64,000 bases of DNA from assembly GCA_965199955.1 (NCBI GenBank), contig CBDATQ010000002.1, positions 640,001 to 704,000 of the forward strand, read 5' to 3'. A model generated the notes under the pieces. It was not told the DNA's origin and did not search any database. It was given only the letters and a program-made list of their open reading frames with translations. Within the stretch, counting starts at the first letter, position 1; the number at the start of each line of letters is the position of its first letter. Positions 19,411 to 29,755 of this stretch are shown in pieces. This DNA is from Spirochaetia bacterium. GTDB lineage: Bacteria; Spirochaetota; Spirochaetia; SZUA-6; Bin103. A program made the position numbers and the translations under genes.

Positions 19411-20949
19411 TCAGTACGAGCGGGCGAACACCACCTCGGCTGCGCCGCGCGCGCCCGTGAAGGCACACGTCCGGCCGGCCGGTGAAGTCGCCCCGTTGTC
19501 GCCTTCGGAGCTCAGGATGCAGCGCGGGGTGATCTTCAGCCGCTTCAGCAGCTCCTGGAACCCAGGGTCCTCCTCGGCTTCGGCAGCCATCGGGGCGACG
19601 GCGAAGCCCGACCGCTCCTCGTCCTGGAAGTACTCCCGCAACGATCCCAGATCCTCGACCTGCTCCGTGTGGGCCTCGCGGAACGCGCGCGCGCGCTCCA
19701 GCAGCTCGTCCTGAATCTGGCAGAGCACCACGGGCGCTTCGGCGGCGAAGCGCTCGCGCGGCAGCGACTGCCGCTCGCGCGGCGGCTGATCGCGGCGCGC
19801 CACCGACACCACCCCGGCGTCCAGGTCACGCGGGCCGATCTCGACCCGGATCGGCACGCCCCGCTTGACGTGGTGCCAGTTCTTCTCGCCGCCGCGCAGG
19901 TCGCGGTCGTCGATCTCCACGCGCAGCGGTTCATCGGCATAGCGCGCATCCGTCAGCTCGCGCTTCAGCGCGTCGCAGGCGCCCAGCACCGCGGTGCGCT
20001 GCACGGAATCCTTGTAGATTGGCAGGATGACCACCTGCTGCGGCGCCAGGCGCGGCGGCAGCACCACGCCGTCGTCGTCGCCGTGCGTCATGATCAGGCC
20101 GCCGACCAGCCGCGTGGACACCCCCCACGAGGTGGTCCAGGCGTGCACCAGGGAGCCGTCGCGGTCGCTGAAGCTGATGTCGCAGGCCTTGGCGAAGTTC
20201 TGCCCCAGGAAGTGGGAGGTGCCGGCCTGCAGGGCCTTGCGGTCCTGCATCATCGCCTCGATGGCGTAGGTGTTGACCGCGCCGGGGAAGCGCTCCCCCG
20301 CGGTCTTCTCGCCGCGCAGCACCGGCATCGCCATGTACTGCTCGGCGAAATCCGCGTACACGCCGAGCATGAGCAGGGTTTCTTCGACTGCCTCCTCCGC
20401 GGTCGCATGGACGGTGTGCCCTTCCTGCCACAGGAACTCGGCGGTGCGCAGGAACAGCCGAGGGCGCAGCTCCCAGCGCACGACGTTCGCCCATTGGTTG
20501 ATCAGGATCGGCAGGTCCCGGTAGGACTGCACCCACTTGGCGTACATCTCGCCGATGATCGTCTCGCTGGTGGGCCGCACCACGTACGGCTCGTCCAGCT
20601 CGCCCGCCGGCACCAGCCCGCCTTCCGGTCCCGGCTCCAGCCGATGGTGGGTCACCACCGCGCACTCCTTGGCGAACCCCTCGATGTGCTCGGCCTCCCG
20701 CTCCAGGTAGCGCAGCGGGATGAACAGCGGGAAGTAGGCATTGGTGTGGCCGGTGTCCTTGAACATGCCGTCGAGCACGCGCTGCATGTTCTCCCACAGC
20801 GCGTAGCCCCACGGCTTGATCACCATGCAGCCGCGCACCGGCGACAATTCCGCCAGGTCGGCGGCGCGCACCACCTGCTGATACCACTCCGCGTAGTTCT
20901 CGTCGCGAGTCGGCGAGATCGCCGTCCGCGTGGATCGTCCCTTTGCCAT
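19411..20949 (-). CDS. proS: Proline--tRNA ligase (archaeal/eukaryotic type)
   Basis: VRPTSET, NQWANVVRWE, FLWQEGHT, QAGTSHFLGQNF, SWGVSTR, C-terminal FARSY. Confidence 0.97.
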   Translation of the reverse strand: MAKGRSTRTAISPTRDENYAEWYQQVVRAADLAELSPVRGCMVIKPWGYALWENMQRVLDGMFKDTGHTNAYFPLFIPLRYLEREAEHIEGFAKECAVVTHHRLEPGPEGGLVPAGELDEPYVVRPTSETIIGEMYAKWVQSYRDLPILINQWANVVRWELRPRLFLRTAEFLWQEGHTVHATAEEAVEETLLMLGVYADFAEQYMAMPVLRGEKTAGERFPGAVNTYAIEAMMQDRKALQAGTSHFLGQNFAKACDISFSDRDGSLVHAWTTSWGVSTRLVGGLIMTHGDDDGVVLPPRLAPQQVVILPIYKDSVQRTAVLGACDALKRELTDARYADEPLRVEIDDRDLRGGEKNWHHVKRGVPIRVEIGPRDLDAGVVSVARRDQPPRERQSLPRERFAAEAPVVLCQIQDELLERARAFREAHTEQVEDLGSLREYFQDEERSGFAVAPMAAEAEEDPGFQELLKRLKITPRCILSSEGDNGATSPAGRTCAFTGARGAAEVVFARSY

Positions 20950-21092
20950 GATTCGTGTGGGTCGGAGTCTGTCGAACTTGCCGCGTGAGCGGCAAGGACC
21001 GACAGCCGCCGAGCCGAAAGCAAGGTGGGGCCGATACGCGCGGGTATTGGGGCGGCTGGAAGAAAGATGCTGCACCGGCGATGCTGTCGCCG

Positions 21093-22568
21093 ATGAGCAA
21101 CGCTGACGGAGCCCGCCGCCCCAACATCATCCTGATCATCACCGATCAGCAGCGCTACGAGACGGTGGGCGCGTTGGGGTATCCCCACGTCGACACGCCG
21201 CACGTCGACCGGCTGGTGCGCGAGGGAGTGAGCTTCTCGCAGTGCCACGTGACCGCGCCGTCGTGCGGCCCGTCGCGGGCCAGCCTGTTCACGGGCTTCT
21301 ATCCGCACAACGCCGGCGCCCTGCGCAACAACGACCCGTGGCCGCGGACCTGGGTCGGCGACCTGCGAGCGGCCGGCTATCACTGCGTCAACGTGGGCAA
21401 GATGCACGCCACGCCGTACGAGGAGATGCACGGATTCCACGAGCGGTTCGTGGTGGAGAACAAGCAGCGCCGCCGCGCGGAGCGGCTGTGGAGCGGCGAT
21501 CGTCACGTGCTCGACGACGAGTGGGACAAGGCGCTGGCCGTGCACGGACTGGAGCGGCCGGAGAGGCCGTTCTACCAGGCGTGGCCGGACGTCGGAGAGC
21601 GGCAGGGCGCCTACGAATGGCGGCTGCCGGAGGAGCTCCATCCCGACGTGTTCGTGGGCGGGTTGGCGCGCCGCTGGATCGACCGGGCGCCGGACATGGA
21701 CGACGAGCCGCTCTTCCTGCAGATCGGCTTTCCCGGTCCGCATCCGCCGTACGACCCGATCGAGCGCTACGCACAGCCGTACCTGCAGCGCGAACTGCCC
21801 ATCCTGCCGGCCACGCGGGCGGAGATCGACCGGCAGCCGTCGACCCTGCACGCGCTGCGCGCCCGCCTGACCGAGCGCATGGCCGACTCCATCGCCTTCG
21901 ATCCGCTCGCGCCCGCGGAGCAGCGGCACCGGCAGCGCGCCTACTACCTGGCCAACATGACCATGATCGACGAGCAGGTGGGCGCCATCCTGGAGCACTT
22001 GGAAGCCCGCGGGTTCCTGGACGACGCGGTGGTGATCTTCACGTCCGATCACGGCGACTGCCTGGGCGACCACGGCCTGGTGGAGAAGTGGAACATGTAC
22101 GACTCGTCCGTGCGGGTGCCGCTGGTGGTGTGGAGCCCCGGCCGCTTCGGCGGGGGCCGCACCTGCGACGCCCTGACGCAGTGGTTCGACATCGGCCCCA
22201 CGGTGCTGGAGCTGGCCGGCGTCGCGCCGCACGCGAAGATGGAGGCCGTGTCGCTGCTGCCGCACCTGCAGGACCGCCCGGACGCGGAGCGGCGGCGCTA
22301 CGTGTACTCCGAGCACGCCACCGACTTCATTCTGCGGGCGGTCGGGCACCTGTTGATGGTGCGCGACGAGCGCTACAAGCTGGTCGAGTACTTGGGCACC
22401 GGCGAGGGGCAGCTCTTCGACCTGAAGGCCGACCCCGACGAGCTCGACGACCTGTGGTTCGACGGCGCCTGCCGGCGAATCAGGGACGAGCTCCGGGAGC
22501 GACTGCAGCGGTGGTTCGTGACCAGCACGATCGCTGCTTCCGGCTGGTGGAAGCCGGCAAGACCATGA
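21093..22568 (+). CDS. Sulfatase
   Basis: PNIILIITDQ, CGPSRASLFTG, GKMH, SDHG. Confidence 0.93.
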   Translation: MSNADGARRPNIILIITDQQRYETVGALGYPHVDTPHVDRLVREGVSFSQCHVTAPSCGPSRASLFTGFYPHNAGALRNNDPWPRTWVGDLRAAGYHCVNVGKMHATPYEEMHGFHERFVVENKQRRRAERLWSGDRHVLDDEWDKALAVHGLERPERPFYQAWPDVGERQGAYEWRLPEELHPDVFVGGLARRWIDRAPDMDDEPLFLQIGFPGPHPPYDPIERYAQPYLQRELPILPATRAEIDRQPSTLHALRARLTERMADSIAFDPLAPAEQRHRQRAYYLANMTMIDEQVGAILEHLEARGFLDDAVVIFTSDHGDCLGDHGLVEKWNMYDSSVRVPLVVWSPGRFGGGRTCDALTQWFDIGPTVLELAGVAPHAKMEAVSLLPHLQDRPDAERRRYVYSEHATDFILRAVGHLLMVRDERYKLVEYLGTGEGQLFDLKADPDELDDLWFDGACRRIRDELRERLQRWFVTSTIAASGWWKPARP

Positions 22569-22601
22569 CGAGGCGACACGGGACCGAGGAGGAAGTGAGC
22601 C

Positions 22602-23858
22602 ATGGACGGAGGTAACGGAACGGCGGGCAACGGTCTCGCCGCGGACATCGATCGCGACCGGTTTCTCCGCGAGGGATTCCTGATCGTTCCGGCGGTGATC
22701 GAACCGGCGCGGCTTCCCGAGGTGCGCCGCGCCTACGAGATCCTGATGGAGCGCCAGAGGGCGGTGTGGGCCGCCGAGCGCGCACCCGACGATCCGCCCG
22801 GCGGCATGTGGGAGACCGCGCGGCAGCCGCGCCTGCACCTATCGCGCGAGCTTGGCGCGCAGGTGGACGGGAGCTGCGCGGCGGCGGTCGAGGTATGGAC
22901 CCGCGACCGGCTGCGCGCGGTGGCCGACCGGCTGCTGGGCGTCGAGGACGCGGGCGTCACCGAGCTGATGATGATGTGCAGCCCGGTGCGCGACCACGGC
23001 CCGGCCAACTGGCACCGCGACATCCACCCGATCGACACCGCGCCCCTGCGCGGCTACATCGATGACATCGTCGAGAACGGGCCGTCCTACATCCAGTGGA
23101 ACATCCCGCTGTACGACGACGACGTGCTGTGGGTCATGCCGGGAACGCACGTCCGCGTGAATACCGAGCAGGAGAACCGCCTGTTGCTGGAGGACGACCG
23201 CCGGCCGCTGCCGGACGCCGTGCAGACCCGTCTGCGTGCCGGCGACGGCGTCGTCTACATCACGCCGATCCTGCACTGGGGTAGCAACTACAGTGCCCGG
23301 CTGCGCCGCACCGTGCACGGCGGCTTCTCGCCCTTCGCGCTGCGGGAGGACGATCCGTTCGTCGCTCATCTGCAGCCGCCGGCGCAGGAGATCTTCCGGC
23401 GCTGGCAACGCGCGAGCGACGCCAAGAAGAACCGCACGGAGGGGGCGCTGCGCGCGGCGCTGGCCGGCGACGCTACCGCCTACGACCGGGCCCTGTCGGA
23501 GCTGCGGCCCGGCGTGGCGGAGAAGGGCAAGCTGCTGCAGACGGTGTTCCTGACCAAGGCGGCGCTATTCATCCGCCTCCGCAAGCGGCCGGAGATGCGG
23601 TCCACCGTCCCCGAGCGGGTCGCAGTCGCAAGCGCCACCCAGCACCCGATCACGCTGAACTGGGGTCCGTGGTTCGCGGAACGGTTCACCGCCGAGGAGG
23701 CAGATCTCCTGTGGCAGCGTTTCGCGCCGATGGAAGCACGACTGAACGGCGACGAAGAGGGCTTCATGCCGGGCTTCCAGGCCGAGCGCATGCGCCACTC
23801 GTTCGTGGACATGCCGGCGGCCTTCGGCGTCGCCGAGCTCACCGCCACGTGGTCGTGA
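22602..23858 (+). CDS. PhyH-family Fe(II)/2OG dioxygenase with C-terminal extension
   Basis: FLREGFL, WHRD, VMPGTH, LHWG...RRTVH. Confidence 0.85.
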   Translation: MDGGNGTAGNGLAADIDRDRFLREGFLIVPAVIEPARLPEVRRAYEILMERQRAVWAAERAPDDPPGGMWETARQPRLHLSRELGAQVDGSCAAAVEVWTRDRLRAVADRLLGVEDAGVTELMMMCSPVRDHGPANWHRDIHPIDTAPLRGYIDDIVENGPSYIQWNIPLYDDDVLWVMPGTHVRVNTEQENRLLLEDDRRPLPDAVQTRLRAGDGVVYITPILHWGSNYSARLRRTVHGGFSPFALREDDPFVAHLQPPAQEIFRRWQRASDAKKNRTEGALRAALAGDATAYDRALSELRPGVAEKGKLLQTVFLTKAALFIRLRKRPEMRSTVPERVAVASATQHPITLNWGPWFAERFTAEEADLLWQRFAPMEARLNGDEEGFMPGFQAERMRHSFVDMPAAFGVAELTATWS

Positions 23859-23871
23859 CGAGGGGAACGTT

Positions 23872-24167
23872 AAGTCGCTCTTGGCAAGCCATTCCTTGAT
23901 CGCTTGAGCGGTCTGTTCGACGAGGGTGCGCATCGGCAGGCACCAAACCAGCCGCCGCGGCGTGCCTGCCGGGTTCCGCAGACGGTGCGCGATCCAGCCG
24001 AGCGTCACCCCGGCCGTCTTGCCTGAGCCCCGTGGGGGCAACCAGGACGCGCGGCCCACCGCATCGGTAGCAAACTTCAACTGCCAATCATACGCATCCG
24101 CGCCGTCGCCGAATACGGTTCGATAGATGGTTGCTCCGTCCACGACTACGGCACCATCCCGGCTCAC
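23872..24167 (-). pseudogene. cas3: Cas3 helicase N-terminal fragment (type I-G/I-U-like)
   Basis: AYDWQ, VLVAPTG/SGKTAG (Walker A split by frameshifts), PRRLVWCLPMRTLVEQT; ends after about 100 codons. Confidence 0.75.
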
Positions 24168-24196
24168 CTTAACTACTGAGAATTATAATAACTAAT

Positions 24197-24236
24197 GGGA
24201 ATTATATACCAAGGTGCCATGAATACAATAATTCCC
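24197..24236. promoter_or_regulatory. AT-rich inverted repeat upstream of the cas3 remnant
   Basis: GGGAATTAT-N22-ATAATTCCC in an AT-rich tract between the proV stop and cas3 start. Confidence 0.45.
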
Positions 24237-24239
24237 TTA

Positions 24240-25541
24240 CTACTCCGGTTTCTCTCCGCTACCCGTCCCGCGCGGCGTCTGTTCGGTCGGCACGCTCTCC
24301 AGATCGCAGTCTCCGGCAAGGGCGGACAGCGTTCTCTGGCGGGTCAGTTCTCCCAGCAAGCGGCGTTCGGCGTCGAGTATCGGGATCGGCAGGCGGCTGT
24401 CGGCCACGACCGCCAGGAGCTCGTCCAGGCACTGGTCGCCTTGGGCCGTCGGGGTGTTGTCGCGCAGGATCTTCCGAAGATCCCGATCTCCGCGTATGAC
24501 GGCATCCGGCACGTCGTCGACTTCCACGTAGCCGCGATAGCGGCTCTCCCCTTCGGTCACGAACTCGATTCTCCGGCCGTTGCCGTACGTCTCGGCCAGC
24601 GCCTTGTCGGGCGAGGTGTCCACGTCCAGCGCGGTGACCTTCTCCATCGTCGCCCAGGCGGTCAGGACGCGCGAGCGGTTGACGTCGCGCACGAACTCCT
24701 GGACGTAGTCGTCCGCCGGGTTGGTGATGATGTCGATGGGCGCGCCGACCTGCACGGCCTTGCCGTCCTTGAGGATGGCGACGTGGTCGCCGAGGCGCAA
24801 CGCCTCGTCCAGGTCGTGGGTGATGAACACTATCGTCTTGCGCAGGTCGCGCTGCAGGCGGATCAGCTCGTCCTGCATGTCGCGCCGGATCAGAGGGTCC
24901 AGCGCGCTGAACGGCTCGTCCATCAGCAGGATCTCCGGGTCGGTGCAGAGCGCCCGCGCCAGGCCGACGCGCTGCTGCATGCCTCCCGAGAGCTGGCGCG
25001 GCCGCATGCGCTCGTAGCCCTGCAGCCCGACGACCTCGATCCACCGGGCGGCGCGCTCCAGGCGTTCCTCCTTGGGCATGCCCTGAACCCTCAGGCCGTA
25101 TGCCACATTCTGGACCACGTTCCGGTGCGGGAGCAGTCCGAAGCTCTGGAACACCATGCTCATCCTGGTGCGCCGCAGCTCCGTGATCTCCGCGGCGTCC
25201 ATCTCCACGACATTAGCCCCATCGATCAGCACTTGGCCGGCGGTCGGATCGATGAGCCGGTTCACGCAGCGCACGAAGGTGGACTTGCCGCTGCCGGACA
25301 GGCCCATCACCACGAAGGTCTCCGCGCCCCTGATCCGCAGTGTGACGTTGTCCAGCCCGACCGTGTGGCCGGTCTGCTCCAGGATGTCTTCCTTGCTCAC
25401 ACCCGCGTCGACCTGCGCCATCACTTCCTGCGGACGTTGGCCGAAGATCTTGTACAAGTGGCGTACTTCGATGTCGCTCGGGTCGGCGATGCCGTTGCCC
25501 GAGCCGGCGCCGTTGTCAGGTCCCACTGTGGTGTTCTCCAT
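24240..25541 (-). CDS. proV: Glycine betaine/proline ABC transporter ATP-binding protein with CBS domains
   Basis: GLSGSGKS, LSGGMQQR, MDEPFSALDPLIRRDMQDEL. Confidence 0.93.
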   Translation of the reverse strand: MENTTVGPDNGAGSGNGIADPSDIEVRHLYKIFGQRPQEVMAQVDAGVSKEDILEQTGHTVGLDNVTLRIRGAETFVVMGLSGSGKSTFVRCVNRLIDPTAGQVLIDGANVVEMDAAEITELRRTRMSMVFQSFGLLPHRNVVQNVAYGLRVQGMPKEERLERAARWIEVVGLQGYERMRPRQLSGGMQQRVGLARALCTDPEILLMDEPFSALDPLIRRDMQDELIRLQRDLRKTIVFITHDLDEALRLGDHVAILKDGKAVQVGAPIDIITNPADDYVQEFVRDVNRSRVLTAWATMEKVTALDVDTSPDKALAETYGNGRRIEFVTEGESRYRGYVEVDDVPDAVIRGDRDLRKILRDNTPTAQGDQCLDELLAVVADSRLPIPILDAERRLLGELTRQRTLSALAGDCDLESVPTEQTPRGTGSGEKPE

Positions 25542-25547
25542 TGCGGC

Positions 25548-26459
25548 CTAGGTTTTCAGGGCCTGCGTCGGGTCCAGACGAGCGCCATAGGCGGCCGTCA
25601 CGCGATCCAGAATCACGGCCAGGGCCAGGACGGCGAGACCGGACTCCAGCCCGAACCCGACGTCGCCGTTGTTGACCCCGCGCAGCACGTTGGCCCCCAG
25701 GCCGCGGGCGCCGATCATGGAGGCGATCACGGCCATCGCCAGCGCCATCATGATCGACTGGTTGACGCCGGTCATGATGGCCGGCATCGCCAGCGGCATG
25801 CGCACGCCCCAGAGGATCTGGCGGCTGGTCGCCCCGAACGCGTCCGCCGCCTCGACGGTGGACCGGTCCACCAGGCGGATGCCCAGGTTGGTGAGCCGCA
25901 CCATCGGCGGCACGGCGTACACGCAGATCGCGAAGATCGCCGAAACGTTGCCGAGCCCCAGAAAGAACACCACCGGAATCAGGTAGACGAACGGCGGCAG
26001 GGTCTGCATCGCGTCAAGGATCGGGCTGATGACCGCGCGCACCCACCGATTGGTGGCCATCAGGATGCCGGCGGGTATGCCGGTCACCACCGTGATCGAG
26101 GTGGCGACGAGCATCAGGGCCAGCGTCCGCATCGTGTCGTCCCAGAGGTTCATCATCCCGATGACGACGAGGGAGGCCACCAGCCCGAGGGTCATGAGCC
26201 CATGTCGCGACGCGTGCCACGAAACCAGGCCGATGACCGCGACGATCAGCCACCACGGCACCCAGAGCAGCGAAAGCTCGACATACCGGAGTACCAGCAG
26301 CAACTGGTCACTGATGGCATCGACGACGGTGCCGAATTCACGCAGCAGGAACTTCAGCGCGTCGTTGGTCCACTCCCGGAGCGGGATCTGGCACCCTTCG
26401 GGGAAGGTGCTGAGAATGCCGCCGAGACTGCCGGCGCACTCTTGAAACCACGTGCCCAT
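25548..26459 (-). CDS. proW: Glycine betaine/proline ABC transporter permease
   Basis: LDAMQTLPPFVYLIP, EAADAFG, GVNQSIMMAL. Confidence 0.92.
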   Translation of the reverse strand: MGTWFQECAGSLGGILSTFPEGCQIPLREWTNDALKFLLREFGTVVDAISDQLLLVLRYVELSLLWVPWWLIVAVIGLVSWHASRHGLMTLGLVASLVVIGMMNLWDDTMRTLALMLVATSITVVTGIPAGILMATNRWVRAVISPILDAMQTLPPFVYLIPVVFFLGLGNVSAIFAICVYAVPPMVRLTNLGIRLVDRSTVEAADAFGATSRQILWGVRMPLAMPAIMTGVNQSIMMALAMAVIASMIGARGLGANVLRGVNNGDVGFGLESGLAVLALAVILDRVTAAYGARLDPTQALKT

Positions 26460-26522
26460 ATCAGCAAAGAGCCGTCATGGCGATGTCGAGGATGCTGCGT
26501 GGGTCCACTCGCTCAGATGCAG

Positions 26523-26553
26523 GAACGGGGGTGCCAGTGTGGCACCCCCGTTC
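26523..26553. terminator. Perfect 14-bp stem-loop between proX and proW (mRNA stabiliser or attenuator)
   Basis: GAACGGGGGTGCCA-GTG-TGGCACCCCCGTTC; no U-tract. Confidence 0.6.
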
Positions 26554-26602
26554 AGCGTCACTCACATCGTGTGTGCCGACAGGCGTCGGCCTCTCTAGTT
26601 CC

Positions 26603-27667
26603 CTAGTTGAGGGAAGCCTGGATGCGTCCGGCGACCTCATCGGACACCCACGCACTCCACACCTCCATCTCGTTCATGAGGAACTCGCGAGCCGCGTCGA
26701 CTGCGTCGACTTCGTTGGACATCATCTGCAGATAGGGGGCCAACTCCTGCAGGGTGACTGCATAGGCATCCAGGAAGGCGACCATCCCCTCGGAGGCGGC
26801 CTCCGAGAAGTCCTTGCTCAGTGCCACATGGAGAACGGAGGTTGGAAATGCGCATCCGCGGTCGCCGTCCACCCAGCACTCGTCCGAGTACGCCGGCTCC
26901 TCCAAGACCACCATGTCGTAGGTCCCGAGCACCCATGTTGGGCTCCAGTAGTAGCCGAGCCAGGGCTCGCCCTTTTCGTACGCACCGATGAGCGAGGCCG
27001 CCAAGGCTGCTGAGGTGCCCGGCCTGAAGTTCGTGAAGTGCTCGTCCAGTCCGTACGTCGCCATCTTGTCGTTGTTGACGACCTCGCACTGCCAGCCGAT
27101 GACGCAGTTGTAGAAGCGGCCCTTGCTGGGCTCTTCGGGATCCTTGAACAGCTCGGCGTAGCGAGGCAGATCGTCGATCGACTTCAGGTCCGGAGCCATC
27201 GGCTCGATGCCGCGATCTGCGTCGCCCTCGATCACGAAGCGTGGCACCAGGAACGAGAACTCACCGGCTCCGTCCATGCTCATGCCGAGGTCGATTACGT
27301 CACCGGCGTCAGCCGCTTCAAAGTAGACGTCTGGTGCAGTGTTGAACCAGATCTCCATGTTGATGTCGATGTCGCCGCGCACCAGTCCCTGGACCATGGG
27401 AATGGTCGCTCCCGGGATGTCCGTGTACTCGCAGCCAAATCCGGCCTGAAGGATCTGCCCGGATATGTGGTTCTGGAGCTGAGCGCTCGCCCAGTTGAGC
27501 CCGGCGAACACCAGTTCGCGGCCGAGGCCGTTGCAGTCCTCCGTGTCGGCGACTGCGATCGGCGCCACCAGGGCGATGCCGATCAGGGCGATGAGGAGCC
27601 TTCGGGGCCCTCTACGAGCTAAGCTTTCTGTCGAATCCGAATCTGTGGATGTAGACATAACGCTCAT
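26603..27667 (-). CDS. proX: Glycine betaine ABC substrate-binding protein
   Basis: Signal peptide, LNWASA, MEIW, GWQC, YYWSP; start uncertain. Confidence 0.88.
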   Translation of the reverse strand: MSVMSTSTDSDSTESLARRGPRRLLIALIGIALVAPIAVADTEDCNGLGRELVFAGLNWASAQLQNHISGQILQAGFGCEYTDIPGATIPMVQGLVRGDIDINMEIWFNTAPDVYFEAADAGDVIDLGMSMDGAGEFSFLVPRFVIEGDADRGIEPMAPDLKSIDDLPRYAELFKDPEEPSKGRFYNCVIGWQCEVVNNDKMATYGLDEHFTNFRPGTSAALAASLIGAYEKGEPWLGYYWSPTWVLGTYDMVVLEEPAYSDECWVDGDRGCAFPTSVLHVALSKDFSEAASEGMVAFLDAYAVTLQELAPYLQMMSNEVDAVDAAREFLMNEMEVWSAWVSDEVAGRIQASLN

Positions 27668-27736
27668 GATCGTGGCATGGCTGGCGCGGGGGTGCAAGGC
27701 GCCGCCGCCGGCGATCGCCGATCAGCATCATCGATC

Positions 27737-28121
27737 GGGTAACGTCAGGCAGTGATGGATGTTACGCGGGAGGACGGGCGGCAGAATCGTTCGAGGATCG
27801 ATCGCCGTTCCGGGGTCAGGCGGCGCATCAGCGCCGCCGACGGCTCGTAGTTGAAGCGGGTGCGCACGAATCGCACGGAGTACCGGTACCGCACGGTGCG
27901 GCGGTAGCCGGCACTGGTGCGTCGCGCCGAACCGTGCGTGCCCCGCGTCGGCGAACAGCGGGGCGTTGCCGGCCTCCACGCAGACCTCCTGCGTGACCAG
28001 CGCGGTGCCGGCCGCCTCCCGTTTGTGGCTGGCTGTGGCTAGGGGCGCCGTCGACTGCCAGCCTGGGACGGGTCTGGGTCACGTTGTGACTGCCCGGAAC
28101 CAGCACCGTGGGACCGTCGCG
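27737..28121 (-). repeat. Degraded direct-repeat copy of the 3' part of phyH (29731-30119)
   Basis: About 385 bp colinear with 29731-30119, including sequence past the stop codon; has indels. Confidence 0.9.
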
Positions 28122-28344
28122 GAGGCGATGCTCGTAATCCAGGGAGGCTCGGTGGGCGATCCGTGGGGCGCGATTGTCCCCTAAGACGGTGCGGCGAGGC
28201 ATGCCGGGCGATGAGCCTGACACAGGCACGCCCCGTAGGAGGACGCTGGCGAGCGGATCGGAGTGCCGAGCTGCGGATCAGCCCGGGCGCCCAGTCGAGC
28301 GCGGCGAGCTTGTGGCCTCGTAACGCAGCTCGTGACACCACACC

Positions 28345-28835
28345 CGTCTCTCACGCGGCGCGCCACGTAGTCGATGCCCGAGGACTCCAGGCCGCTGAGC
28401 GTCGCGCCGTCGGCGAAGCCGGCGTCGATGCGCAGCAGCACCGACTCGCACACCCGGCGCACGCGCTTGGTCACCGCCTGGATGAACTCAAGCGCCCCGT
28501 CGGCCGACCCCACCGCGCCGGGCCGCAGCGTGCCGGCTGCTCTCGGAGCAACTGGCGATGAGCGCATGAAACATCCGCTGCCCGCAGTACCCGTTGTACT
28601 CGCTGCCGGCCTGCTGACCGTGGACGTGCGCCGGCAGGCCGTCCACGTCGACGATCAACCGCTTGTACCGCCGGCCCTGATTGCTCATCTCCAGCCGGCG
28701 CAGCGCCTGTTCGATGACCGCTTCGCGCAGCACCTCCTGATGTGCGCTCAACACGTCCCGCAGCCGTGACAGCGTCGGCTGCGAGGGCAGCACGTTGTCC
28801 TGCTCCAGGGCCGCGTGCCGCGGCGGCTGTTGTTG
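28345..28835 (-). mobile_element. IS1380-family transposase remnant
   Basis: LPSQPTLSRL, IVDVDG...VHGQQAGSEYNGY, LRPG, LRIDAGF; frameshifted and truncated at both ends. Confidence 0.85.
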
Positions 28836-29193
28836 GTCACCCGAAGGCTCGGGTCCGACGAGCCCGCCTACCCGGGCCTGCCCATGCACGCGGCGGAGCA
28901 GACGAAGCGGCGTGTTCGACGGCGAAACTGTGCCGGCCAGCGATACGGTGGTGAGGCTGTCGAGCCGCACACCGACCGACATCATCCGCAAGGGGTGAGT
29001 GCCAGAGGCTACGGATACAGGATCAACCTGAGCGCCGGGCGCAGTGCGCTGGTGCTCGGTGCTCGATGTGTTGGTCGAAGTGGTCGGAGAGGCAACCCTG
29101 CCGATCGTGAACGCTGCCTGCCGATGCTGCGAGGGCAGTGGAGACTGGTGAGCCGCCGCAGCCGGTGGCGTTCGATCGCGGCTGGCGCCTTCC

Positions 29194-29239
29194 ATTTCTC
29201 CGTAGCCGGGCTCCCCATTTCTCCATAGCCGGGCTCCCC
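29194..29239. repeat. 23-bp tandem repeat, two copies
   Basis: ATTTCTCCGTAGCCGGGCTCCCC / ATTTCTCCATAGCCGGGCTCCCC. Confidence 0.85.
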
Positions 29240-29403
29240 TTTCCCGCACCTCAGGCATTGAGTAGCGCAACATCAGTGCATTGCTGATGTCTTTGGCCCT
29301 CAGACGTGCCGTCATTGGAAGCACAGACGAGGAGGAGCGATGCTCCGCTCCCTTTCTGGACATGCGAACTGCCACTACGTAATGGCAAACTAAGGAGACT
29401 TGC

Positions 29404-29634
29404 GTGAATCGAACAATTGCACTGATGGTCACTGCGGCGCTGCTGGTTGGTGCCGTTGACGTGGCTACTGCACAAGAACAGCCGCTTCAAACCAGCTTGA
29501 TTGGCATAGATGGTACCGTGCCTGATCTGGCGGAGATCCTCGGCATTGGCGTTCATATTTCATGTCTACGCAGGAAGTATTCGAGCGATCTCTGCGCCAC
29601 ATGGCTGAGTCATTGGCCGAAAGAATGGGTGTAG
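29404..29634 (+). CDS. Short secreted protein or truncated exported protein
   Basis: AAGGAG RBS, signal peptide MNRTIALMVTAALLVGAVDVATA-Q; lower-GC segment. Confidence 0.4.
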   Translation: MNRTIALMVTAALLVGAVDVATAQEQPLQTSLIGIDGTVPDLAEILGIGVHISCLRRKYSSDLCATWLSHWPKEWV

Positions 29635-29755
29635 AGAACGTTGCGTATTTCCTGTGCGTGGCCTCCAAGAGGACCCTATAGCGCAATTCCCTCGGCACCT
29701 ACGACAACTTGCCCGGAGCGAAGACCTGTCGGCTAACGTCAAGCGGTGATGGATG

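Noticed and set aside
23860..24240. CRISPR array or leader next to cas3
   Set aside because: AT-rich, but no repeat-spacer units are visible
29194..29239. 23-bp repeats as a CRISPR array
   Set aside because: Two adjacent copies with no spacer
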